From NCBI GenBank assembly GCA_016196885.1, contig JACPWU010000032.1, positions 25,775-57,774 of the forward strand: DNA of 32,000 nucleotides. Reading direction: 5' to 3'. The DNA is from Chlamydiota bacterium (GTDB lineage Bacteria > Auribacterota > JACPWU01). Position numbers and translations under genes: made by a program. The notes below the pieces were generated by a model. That model had not been told where the DNA came from. It searched no databases and saw only the letters and a list, made by a program, of their open reading frames with translations. Of this stretch, positions 1-7,392 are shown in pieces. The stretch's first letter is position 1. Every line of letters begins with the position of its first letter.

Positions 1-2
1 TT

Positions 3-236
3 TATGATAAATTATTTTTGGGGGATGCCTCTCCTGACAACACCACCAAGGCCACTGTGGAGGTGGTGGAACCGATGGGTGCTGAACTCTTTCTCTATCT
101 AAAGAAGGGGAAATTGTCCTTTGTCGCCCGTGTGGATACGAACCAAAAAGCCGAGGTGAATCAAGATTTGGAAATGGTTCTCGACATGTCCAAGGCCCAT
201 TTCTTTGATCCTGTTACGGAAAAGACCATCGCGTAA
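3..236 (+). CDS. ABC transporter ATP-binding protein, C-terminal fragment (MalK/UgpC-type regulatory domain); 5' end outside window
   Basis: The frame is open to the left edge. The tail ...VEVVEPMGAELFLYL...FVARVD...AHFFD resembles the C-terminal TOBE-like domain of sugar-type ABC ATPases. TAA stop at 234-236. Confidence 0.6.
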   Translation, partial: YDKLFLGDASPDNTTKATVEVVEPMGAELFLYLKKGKLSFVARVDTNQKAEVNQDLEMVLDMSKAHFFDPVTEKTIA

Positions 237-240
237 AACA

Positions 241-261
241 GTCGTGAGTGGTGAGTTTCAA
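241..261 (+). repeat. Unpaired heptad array GTCGTGA GTGGTGA GTTTCAA
   Basis: Three period-7 units start 5 nt after the ABC gene stop. The same word family occurs at 7343-7377 and 20715-20742. No complementary arm lies nearby. Confidence 0.6.
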
Positions 262-309
262 AGGAATCATTTTGGGTGCCGGACTGTATTTTACAACCGT
301 GCCTTTTCT

Positions 310-1740
310 ATGCCCACTCCCAACAAGATAAATCCCAAACTCCTCACCCGCCTCACGACCCTTCTTCTCATGATCGGCCTCTTGGCTCTTCAGCTTTTCA
401 CCAGCTGCCCCCGCCATCACTTCCCAAAGGAATGGGTTTCATTCTGCCCCATCCTTTATTTGAGCTGTATTTTGCTTGCAAGCCTGGGCTTTGGAGTTCT
501 CGGTACTTTTATCACCTCTACGGTGAGCCTCGTCCTCACAAGTTTTACCTACTTTAGAGCCCATATGGCGAGCCCCCTGGGATGGATTTTTGTCTTCGCC
601 TCTTTCTCTATTACCCTGTACTTCTATCTCACACGACACGAGAAGGAATTGATTCAAAAAAGGATTACACTCTCCAACCTTGAAGCTGAATGGAACCATC
701 TCTCAAAAAAATATTCCAAGGACAAAGGGGTTTTGCGCTCTTACAAAAATAAAATCCACCATTATCATACCTTGAGACAACTGGGAGAAAAACTCATCAA
801 CACCCTTTCTCTCGATGAGACAGCGAAGAGAATTTTGGAAATTGCCTGTCAACTCATCGGGAAAGGAGATCTTGCTACCTTGTTCCTCCTGGATGACAAT
901 TTAAAAACCTTGACGCTCCTTCATGAGATCGATCTCGCGAAGGAGGGACCCTCTTTCCTCATTCAACCTGCAGACCCTTTCAATCAATGGATCTTGAACA
1001 ACCGTCAAAATCTGCTCATTGAAGAATTAAAATCTGACTTTCGGTTTGAAGAAAATGCGAAGAAGGGTTTGACCTCTTCTCTCATCGAGGCGGCCCTCAC
1101 GACAGAAAATAAGCTGATCGGCGCCTTGCGTCTGGAAAGCCGAGAGCCCCACGTTTTTCAATTGGACGACTTACGCATGCTGGCCAATTTGTCCAATGTC
1201 GCTTCCACTTCCCTCAAGAATGCCAAGCTCTACAGCGAAACCCTTGAGCTTTCGATCAAAGACGGACTCACGGGGCTTCACGTCCCAACTTATTTTCATC
1301 AGGAATTGCAAAAGGCCTTTCTCCAAGCCCACAAGAATCATGAATCTCTTTCGGTCCTGATGGCCGACATTGACAATTTCAAAAGCATCAATGACCGCTA
1401 TGGACACACCGTAGGAGATGGAATCTTGAAAAAGATTTCCGAAGTCTTTCATGAGGTCCTTGAGAAAAACTTCATCCCGAGCCGATACGGCGGAGAAGAA
1501 TTCTCAGCGTTTTTCCCAGGCTGGCCCCGCGAGAAAACGATCACACTGGCCGAAAACCTTCGAAGAAAAATCCAGACCATCTCCCTTGAAATCAGAAGAG
1601 AAATTCTCAATGTGACCGTCAGCATGGGTATCTCAGAAATAAAACCGACTGATTCGAATAAAGACGAACTCATTCAGCGGGCCGATCAAGCCCTTTACGA
1701 AGCCAAAAGAACCGGGAAAAACAAGGTGTGTTATCAATAG
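310..1740 (+). CDS. Membrane-anchored GAF-GGDEF diguanylate cyclase (no RxxD I-site)
   Basis: The N-terminus is hydrophobic and multi-TM, followed by a central GAF-like region. The C-terminal GGDEF domain carries RYGGEEF and upstream DIDNFKSINDRYGH. ATG 310 (MPTPNK...) is preferred over the 205 alternative-start extension, which overlaps the upstream gene. Confidence 0.85.
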   Translation: MPTPNKINPKLLTRLTTLLLMIGLLALQLFTSCPRHHFPKEWVSFCPILYLSCILLASLGFGVLGTFITSTVSLVLTSFTYFRAHMASPLGWIFVFASFSITLYFYLTRHEKELIQKRITLSNLEAEWNHLSKKYSKDKGVLRSYKNKIHHYHTLRQLGEKLINTLSLDETAKRILEIACQLIGKGDLATLFLLDDNLKTLTLLHEIDLAKEGPSFLIQPADPFNQWILNNRQNLLIEELKSDFRFEENAKKGLTSSLIEAALTTENKLIGALRLESREPHVFQLDDLRMLANLSNVASTSLKNAKLYSETLELSIKDGLTGLHVPTYFHQELQKAFLQAHKNHESLSVLMADIDNFKSINDRYGHTVGDGILKKISEVFHEVLEKNFIPSRYGGEEFSAFFPGWPREKTITLAENLRRKIQTISLEIRREILNVTVSMGISEIKPTDSNKDELIQRADQALYEAKRTGKNKVCYQ

Positions 1741-1745
1741 AACTT

Positions 1746-2017
1746 TAACCCCTCAAGCCCCTCTTACATAAGAGGGGAGTTTGGCTCCCTTGTATAGGGG
1801 GAGCTTTTTGCCCTCAGACTGTCCGAAAATTCCCTCCCCCTTGTGACCGAGCCGGGTGCCGCAAAGCGGCCGGCGAGGAAGTGGTTGGAGCCCGTCAGGG
1901 CGCAAACCATGGGGAGGGTTAGGGAGGGGGTGGATTTGAGCTCACCCTCCCCTAACCCCTCCCATCAAGGGAGGGGAAAACAAGAGTTTTTCGGCCCAGC
2001 CTGAGTTGGAGGGGTTA
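1746..2017. mobile_element. MITE-like palindromic element, family B, long copy
   Basis: The 9-bp termini TAACCCCTC (1746-1754) and GAGGGGTTA (2009-2017) are perfect inverted repeats. Nested complementary blocks occur at 1811-1840 vs 1966-2005 and 1911-1930 vs 1944-1964. It shares the 15-mer GAGTTGGAGGGGTTA and the hairpin CCCCTCTTA..TAAGAGGGG with the copy at 27402-27525. Confidence 0.5.
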
Positions 2018-2059
2018 AAAAAACTGAATCATACACTGTTCCATTGTCATTCTTAACCT

Positions 2060-3394
2060 ATGCAAAGCATCATCATTACCCTGATCTGGTGTCTCACGCT
2101 GGTGATTGAGCTGGGGAGGCTCAAGAAATGGATGTACCTCATCCCCCTGGCCCTCACCCTTCTGTGGTTTTCCCTTCAGAGAGGAAATTCAACCACATTC
2201 TCCCTGAAGACGATTGTGTTCAGCCTTATTTGGCTCGGCTCTTGGCTCTGCCTTCAATTCCTTAAAAAAATTCACACCACCGCTTTAAAAAAGCTAGACC
2301 AAGAAGTGCGTGCCACTCAAGACAAAATCCAATCCTTGGAAATGAGCGATACCATTCTTCAAGAAGAGGCAAACACGCTCGAAGGCAGTCTTTCCGAGAA
2401 AGAGGCCCTTTATGGATCTCTTGAGGAATTGAATCAAACACTGGAGTTTTCAAAAACGGTCGAGGTGTTTTCACAACTCATTTCTCGGCTCACCCATTTT
2501 GAGGAAGGGTGGCTTCTGGTGGAGAACCTTTCCGAAGAGACTGCGTATCGTCCGCTTTGCTATCAACTTTTTCGAAACGAGAAACCTCTCCTTAAGAAGG
2601 GAAAACTCGAGGACATCCTCAACAAGGCAGAAAAAGAAATCCTAGAATTATCCAAAAAATCAGGAACCCCTGTTTTCATCAGTGATCCCGACAACGATGC
2701 TCGGTTAACCCATCCCGTCACACCCCCTCTTCTCGCGAGCCTCACAGGCATTGGACTCTTTCACGAAGAAGGAGGGCTTGGATGTCTCATCTTAAGTGGC
2801 TGTAAAAAAAGAGACCTCGAGGTACTTGAAATCTTGGCCATTCAACTCGCCATGGAAATTGAGAAATCTCTTCTTTACGAAAAGGTCAGAAGGCTTTCGA
2901 TCATTGATGGACTCACCCAAATTTATTTGAGACGACATTTGATTTCCCTTTTGGAGGATGAATTGAATCGTTTAAAAAACCAAGGGAAGTCGTGCTCTCT
3001 TTTGATGATTGATATTGACCATTTTAAGCACTTCAATGATGGCTTCGGCCATTTGGCGGGCGATATTCTCTTGAAAGAACTGTCCAGCCGCCTGCAAATC
3101 AATTTGAGGGCCATGGACTTGGTCGGCCGCTTTGGCGGTGAAGAATTTCTGATCGCCCTCCCCGAGACAACGATAGATGAAGCGGCCACCATTGCCGAGC
3201 GTATCCGAAGAGATGTCGAGGCAATGGAATTTCGAATCTATGGAAAAATTCTCAAGCTCACCTTAAGCATGGGGCTCGCGAGCTACCCAGAAGATGCCAA
3301 AAACCTCAATAGCCTGATTGAAATGGCCGATTCAGCTCTTTATCAGGCTAAGAACTCAGGTCGCAACCAGATTCGGCGCTGCCAAAAGACCTAG
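2060..3394 (+). CDS. Membrane-anchored GGDEF diguanylate cyclase with coiled-coil/GAF-like sensor and intact RxxD I-site
   Basis: N-terminal TM helices are present. The GGDEF domain has RFGGEEF, with RAMD exactly 5 residues upstream (the PleD-type I-site spacing). DIDHFKHFNDGFGH is also present. Confidence 0.85.
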   Translation: MQSIIITLIWCLTLVIELGRLKKWMYLIPLALTLLWFSLQRGNSTTFSLKTIVFSLIWLGSWLCLQFLKKIHTTALKKLDQEVRATQDKIQSLEMSDTILQEEANTLEGSLSEKEALYGSLEELNQTLEFSKTVEVFSQLISRLTHFEEGWLLVENLSEETAYRPLCYQLFRNEKPLLKKGKLEDILNKAEKEILELSKKSGTPVFISDPDNDARLTHPVTPPLLASLTGIGLFHEEGGLGCLILSGCKKRDLEVLEILAIQLAMEIEKSLLYEKVRRLSIIDGLTQIYLRRHLISLLEDELNRLKNQGKSCSLLMIDIDHFKHFNDGFGHLAGDILLKELSSRLQINLRAMDLVGRFGGEEFLIALPETTIDEAATIAERIRRDVEAMEFRIYGKILKLTLSMGLASYPEDAKNLNSLIEMADSALYQAKNSGRNQIRRCQKT

Positions 3395-3410
3395 CCAAAA
3401 AATTGTTATT

Positions 3411-3549
3411 GGCATATGCACTTGATTCCCCTTAGATAGCAAGCGCCATGGCAAGAAGTTGTAGCCGCCCCATTCATGGGGCTGTGCCCCTTGCATGGGT
3501 TTGCCCGATGAATCGGGCGACTACAAAGGGGAATCAAGTGCATATGCCT
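3411..3549. mobile_element. MITE-like element, family A copy 1 (outer TIR plus double-hairpin core)
   Basis: A perfect 21-bp terminal inverted repeat GGCATATGCACTTGATTCCCC lies at 3411-3431 vs 3528-3548. The core GTAGCCGCCCC..GGGCGACTAC is at 3461-3524. The element is flanked by the 11-bp direct repeat AAATTGTTATT (3400-3410 and 3550-3560). Confidence 0.6.
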
Positions 3550-3563
3550 AAATTGTTATTTCC

Positions 3564-3592
3564 TTGACAATTGTAAGAGAATCCTTTATGAT
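3564..3592 (+). promoter_or_regulatory. Sigma70-type promoter of csp
   Basis: TTGACA (3564-3569), a 17-nt spacer, then TATGAT (3587-3592). This leaves a roughly 85-nt 5' leader, as is typical for cold-shock mRNAs. Confidence 0.6.
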
Positions 3593-3681
3593 GGTTCCCG
3601 AGTTAAAAAGTAGGCCCAAGAAAGTGTGAGAAACAACTCACCTTAGGTAGACCGAAAGCTTTACTCAGAAAGGATTTAATC

Positions 3682-3885
3682 ATGGCCAAAGGCACTGTTA
3701 AATGGTTTAACGACCAAAAAGGCTACGGATTCATTACCCCTGAGGATAATGGCAAAGATCTTTTTGTCCATTATTCTTCCATCATGGGCGATGGCTTCAA
3801 AACACTTCGCGAAGGCGAATCAGTGGATTTTGAAGTAACCCGTGGTCCCAAGGGAGAACAGGCAACCAACGTTACAAAGCGCTAA
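3682..3885 (+). CDS. csp: Cold-shock protein (CspA family, single CSD)
   Basis: The 67-aa product has the RNP1 motif KGYGFI and the RNP2-like motif [24 protein letters not shown] is the canonical CspA N-terminus. Confidence 0.95.
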   Translation: MAKGTVKWFNDQKGYGFITPEDNGKDLFVHYSSIMGDGFKTLREGESVDFEVTRGPKGEQATNVTKR

Positions 3886-3914
3886 GAAGCGATCATAACG
3901 AAGGTTACATTCGA

Positions 3915-3947
3915 AACACCCTCTCAAATTTGAGAGGGTGTTTTTTT
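3915..3947 (+). terminator. Rho-independent terminator of csp
   Basis: A 12-bp perfect stem AACACCCTCTCA / TGAGAGGGTGTT with loop AATT is followed by a T-run (3941-3947). Confidence 0.85.
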
Positions 3948-3966
3948 GTCTTGTATCTTTTCCCTT

Positions 3967-3994
3967 TTGAACTTTTGAACCTTTAAGGTAGAAT
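3967..3994 (+). promoter_or_regulatory. Candidate promoter of the histidine kinase gene
   Basis: TTGAAC (3967-3972), a 16-nt spacer, then TAGAAT (3989-3994). The implied leader is very short. Confidence 0.4.
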
Positions 3995-4006
3995 GGCTTT
4001 TTGTAA

Positions 4007-6061
4007 ATGGGATGTGCTATGCCATTTGAAAAATTACGTGTCGGCCTCTCTTTAAAATTCATTCTCTTAACCACCCTTTTGATTGTACTGACCTCCTTGA
4101 CATTGGGCCTTTTCTTTTTAAGAAGCAAAGAAAGGGATTATCTTGAATTCCTCAAGTCTCAGGGGATTTCCCTTTCCCGCACCCTGGCCTTTAACAGCGA
4201 GTATGGCGTTCTGACAAGCAATCGAGAGGTGCTCTCGAAGCTTGCGCAGGGCGTTCTTCAGGAAGCGGATGTTTCTTACTGCATCATTCATGATGGATCG
4301 GGACAAATCCTCGTCGAACTTTACCGAAGCGGCCCTCTCAAATTAAATCCGCCCGACTGGATTCTCGGAAACGCCCTTCAACTCAAACTCCCCGGGGAAG
4401 AGGCTCGCTCGCAAGATATCCCGACAGAAAATGGAACTTTAAAGGGCTTTGACGCCGCCACCCTTGTTAAAACCCGCCGCCTGGCCAAGACCCATGAAAG
4501 GGTCGAACTTCTGCCCGGTTATCTCGGGATTTTGGAACAAATCAAAAGAAGGCTCAAAATCGAGGGCCAAATCATCGAGGAAAAAATCGGGACTGTGCGA
4601 GTCGGGGTATCCCTCATCAACATCAACCACGCCATTTCTAAAATCAAAAAGGCCATGGGCATGATCACCCTCGTGGTCGCCGTCGTAGGAATGCTCATCA
4701 CCATTCTCTTGGTTCAATTGATCATCCAACCCATCCGGAGATTGGTTTACGGCACCCGGCAAATCGCCCGGGGGGACTTGAGTTATGAAGTACATGTCAA
4801 TTCTAGAGATGAGATCGGAGAACTGGCAACTTCTTTTAATCAAATGACCATTTTCCTGCGCCGCTCCCATCGCCAAGTGGAAGAATATCAAAAGAATTTG
4901 GAACAAATGGTGGAGGAGAGAACTCACAAGTTAAAAGAGACAGAGGCCGAGCTGATCCGTTCAGAAAAATTTGCAGCCATTGGAGAATTGATCACCGGGA
5001 TCACGCATGAACTCAACAATAAACTCACCCCCATCCTGGGCTACGCCCAAATTTTTAAAACGATGAAGCTCGATGAAAAAATTGCCAGATACATGGACAT
5101 CATTGAGGAATCGGCGCTGAATGCCAAAAGAATCGTTGAATCCCTTCTGAAATTCTCAAGGAACACCCCTCCTCAAAAAGCTTATTGTAATCTCAATGAC
5201 AAAATGAAAGAGACGCTCTCTCTTATCGAACCCCATGTGCACAAAAACAACATTCAACTCAAAGTAGAGTTGGATCCCCAACTGCCCAGGACCATGGCGG
5301 ATCCTTCCTTGATCGGCCAGGCCTTTCTCAATATCCTAAACAATGGCTGGCAGGCCATGGAGGAAAAAGGCGGAGAATTAGGGGTCAAGTCTTACAGCAA
5401 GGATGGAAAAATATTTTTCTCTGTGCAAGACAAAGGCATTGGAATTGCGAAAGAACATTTAACTAAAATTTTTGATCCCTTTTTCTCGACCAAAGAAGTG
5501 GGAAAAGGCACTGGGCTTGGGCTTTCTATTTCCTATGGCATTCTTCAAGGTCATGAAGGAAATATTCATGTGGAAAGTGTCCTTCATCAGGGATCCATTT
5601 TTACCATCGAATTACCCATCAAGACCCTTGAACATACCTCCCCTGAATACGTTACTTCCAAACAGGAAGAGACCCCTGTTAAAAAGGGCAAAATTCTGAT
5701 TATCGAAGATGAGCCTTCTGTGCAAAATTTGTTGGTGGACGCACTGGAGAATCATCACGACATTGCAACCGCCATGGATGGAAGAGAAGGCCAAAGAATC
5801 ATTCAAAGAGAACGATTTGACCTTTATGTGATTGATTTAAGAATGCCCTACATGGACGGGAGAGAACTTTACGCCTGGATTGAGAAAGATTTTCCGAGAG
5901 AGGCCAAAAAGGTGATTTTTATCACGGGTGACACCTACGACAAAAAAATACAAAACTTTTTAAGTTCTGTCCAACAACCCCAACTCAACAAACCCTTCCA
6001 AATCGTAACTCTTCAAAGCTTGGTCTCGCAAATGTTGGAGAAGACAGCGGACAGAACCTAG
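4007..6061 (+). CDS. Hybrid sensor histidine kinase (TM sensor-HAMP-HisKA-HATPase-receiver)
   Basis: The H-box is ITHELNNKLTPILGY. The N/G boxes are LNILNNGWQAM, DKGIGI and GTGLGLSISYGI. The C-terminal receiver has ILIIEDEP...VIDLRMPYMDG...KPF. The start could instead be ATG 4019. Confidence 0.9.
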   Translation: MGCAMPFEKLRVGLSLKFILLTTLLIVLTSLTLGLFFLRSKERDYLEFLKSQGISLSRTLAFNSEYGVLTSNREVLSKLAQGVLQEADVSYCIIHDGSGQILVELYRSGPLKLNPPDWILGNALQLKLPGEEARSQDIPTENGTLKGFDAATLVKTRRLAKTHERVELLPGYLGILEQIKRRLKIEGQIIEEKIGTVRVGVSLININHAISKIKKAMGMITLVVAVVGMLITILLVQLIIQPIRRLVYGTRQIARGDLSYEVHVNSRDEIGELATSFNQMTIFLRRSHRQVEEYQKNLEQMVEERTHKLKETEAELIRSEKFAAIGELITGITHELNNKLTPILGYAQIFKTMKLDEKIARYMDIIEESALNAKRIVESLLKFSRNTPPQKAYCNLNDKMKETLSLIEPHVHKNNIQLKVELDPQLPRTMADPSLIGQAFLNILNNGWQAMEEKGGELGVKSYSKDGKIFFSVQDKGIGIAKEHLTKIFDPFFSTKEVGKGTGLGLSISYGILQGHEGNIHVESVLHQGSIFTIELPIKTLEHTSPEYVTSKQEETPVKKGKILIIEDEPSVQNLLVDALENHHDIATAMDGREGQRIIQRERFDLYVIDLRMPYMDGRELYAWIEKDFPREAKKVIFITGDTYDKKIQNFLSSVQQPQLNKPFQIVTLQSLVSQMLEKTADRT

Positions 6062-6135
6062 CGTACAGCGGTCAGCGGTCAGCGGATAGAAAAAAACTTC
6101 ATTCTACTGAACGCTAAACGCTGTCCGCTGTACGC
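6061..6135. terminator. Heptad-word hairpin filling the convergent gap (probable bidirectional terminator)
   Basis: The left arm is CGTACAG CGGTCAG CGGTCAG CGGATAG. The right arm is CTGAACG CTAAACG CTGTCCG CTGTACG. The outer 17 bp pair with one mismatch. A T-run at 6138-6143 follows on the plus strand. Confidence 0.55.
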
Positions 6136-6374
6136 TATTTTTTATCTACCTTTGGAGTTTCTTTTTCTTTCTTAGCGGAAGACTTATAACTGTCACTGCG
6201 ATAATCTGTCGTGTAAAAACCAGATCCTTTAAAAATAAGACCAGCCCCGGTTCCGATCAATCTTTTCACGCGGCCCTTACATTTCGGACAAGACAGAAGC
6301 GGACGATCTGACATCCGTTGAAATTTTTCAAAAGACTGACCACATTTTTGACATTCATATTGATAAGTTGGCAT
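6135..6374 (-). CDS. FmdB-family zinc-ribbon protein
   Basis: MPTYQYECQKCG...CPKCKG...KGSGFYTTDYRS matches the FmdB/CxxC-x-CPxC zinc-ribbon family signature. Confidence 0.85.
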   Translation of the reverse strand: MPTYQYECQKCGQSFEKFQRMSDRPLLSCPKCKGRVKRLIGTGAGLIFKGSGFYTTDYRSDSYKSSAKKEKETPKVDKK

Positions 6375-6427
6375 TTTCCGACCGCCTCCAAAACCTTTCT
6401 CCTTCTACCACAGAAATGGGGACTCTG

Positions 6428-7378
6428 TCAATCCTCGAGCTTCCCTAAAGGATCCAGAATTCTCTCCACAACTTCTTCTTCCTCATCAGGAGCCAAATGA
6501 AACCACCGAATCCGAGCATCCTTTTTAAACCAAGTCCATTGCCGCTTGGCAAAGTGTCGTGTGTTTAATTTGATCTTTTCTTTTGCCTCTTCCAAACTGA
6601 GTTCATGTTTCAAAAATTGAAGCGTCTCTTTATAACCAATGGCCTGCATCACGAGACGATTTTTTTCAAGACCCTTCGCTACAAGCGATTGCACTTCTTC
6701 CACAAGCCCTTTCTCAAACATCATTTCGATCCGTGTATCAATTCTCGAATAAAGGTCCGCTCTCTCTCTTTCCAATCCCAAAATAGAGACATCCGACCGA
6801 GTTTGATTCCACTGCGTTTGAAAAGAACTGATAGGAGACCCCGTGATCTCATAGACCTCTAAGGCCCGGATGATACGCCTCCCTTGATTGGAATTCATTT
6901 TTGAGGCTGCCAGGGGATCCACCTTTTTAAGACGATCGTATAAAGCTTCTTTTCCCGATCGTCTCGCCTCTTCTCCCAATCGCTCACGAATCTGAGGATG
7001 GGCAGAAGGCCCCTCAAAAAGTCCATCGATGAGGGCCTTCACATAAAGGCCTGTGCCCCCCACCAACAAAGGAATGTGAGATCTATCTTGAATCTCTCGA
7101 ATCGCAAGTCTCGCCAAACTCACGAAGTGAGCCACATTGAATTCTTCTGAAATTTCTGCCACATCCAGCAAATGATGTGGAATTTTTTGCCTCTCTTCAA
7201 AAGTGGGTTTGGCCGTACCTATATCCAGGCCCCGATAAACCTGCATAGAATCTGCAACAATGATCTCGGCATGAATTTTTGAAGCGAGTTTAAGAGCCAC
7301 TGCTGATTTACCAACAGCGGTAGGACCGACTAAATACAGAACGTCGTGAGTCGTGAGTCGTGAGTTGTGAGTTGCCAT
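6428..7378 (-). CDS. miaA: tRNA dimethylallyltransferase
   Basis: The P-loop GPTAVGKS is present and the MiaA layout runs full length (IPHHL, GGTGLY). The first 12 codons are encoded by a heptad repeat. Confidence 0.95.
   Translation of the reverse strand: MATHNSRLTTHDVLYLVGPTAVGKSAVALKLASKIHAEIIVADSMQVYRGLDIGTAKPTFEERQKIPHHLLDVAEISEEFNVAHFVSLARLAIREIQDRSHIPLLVGGTGLYVKALIDGLFEGPSAHPQIRERLGEEARRSGKEALYDRLKKVDPLAASKMNSNQGRRIIRALEVYEITGSPISSFQTQWNQTRSDVSILGLERERADLYSRIDTRIEMMFEKGLVEEVQSLVAKGLEKNRLVMQAIGYKETLQFLKHELSLEEAKEKIKLNTRHFAKRQWTWFKKDARIRWFHLAPDEEEEVVERILDPLGKLED
7343..7377 (+). repeat. Heptad array GTCGTGA x3, GTTGTGA, GTTGCCA inside the miaA 5' coding end
   Basis: Five consecutive period-7 units read on the plus strand. 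On the minus strand they encode MATHNSRLTTHD. Confidence 0.8.
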
Positions 7379-7392
7379 AGGGAATGATTTAT

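Noticed and set aside
205-309. A 35-codon N-terminal extension of the first diguanylate cyclase (ORF-track start 205).
   Set aside because: It overlaps the ABC gene's 3' end and runs through the heptad array. ATG 310 precedes the first hydrophobic segment and is the more plausible start.
3461-3524. The idea that the family A double-hairpin core is the ANTAR dual-hairpin RNA target, since copy 4 sits right after the ANTAR gene.
   Set aside because: ANTAR targets, as I recall them, need hexaloops with conserved A at position 1 and G at position 4, plus an overlapping terminator. The loops here are ATTCAT, ATTTAT, ATGAAT and ATAAAT, with no G4. Copies occur in both orientations and are not placed in 5' leaders ahead of terminators.
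4439-4927. A 162-aa minus-strand ORF and neighbouring short ORFs inside the histidine kinase gene.
   Set aside because: They are antisense to the HAMP/HisKA region of a clearly real gene. They have no signals and an unusual composition.
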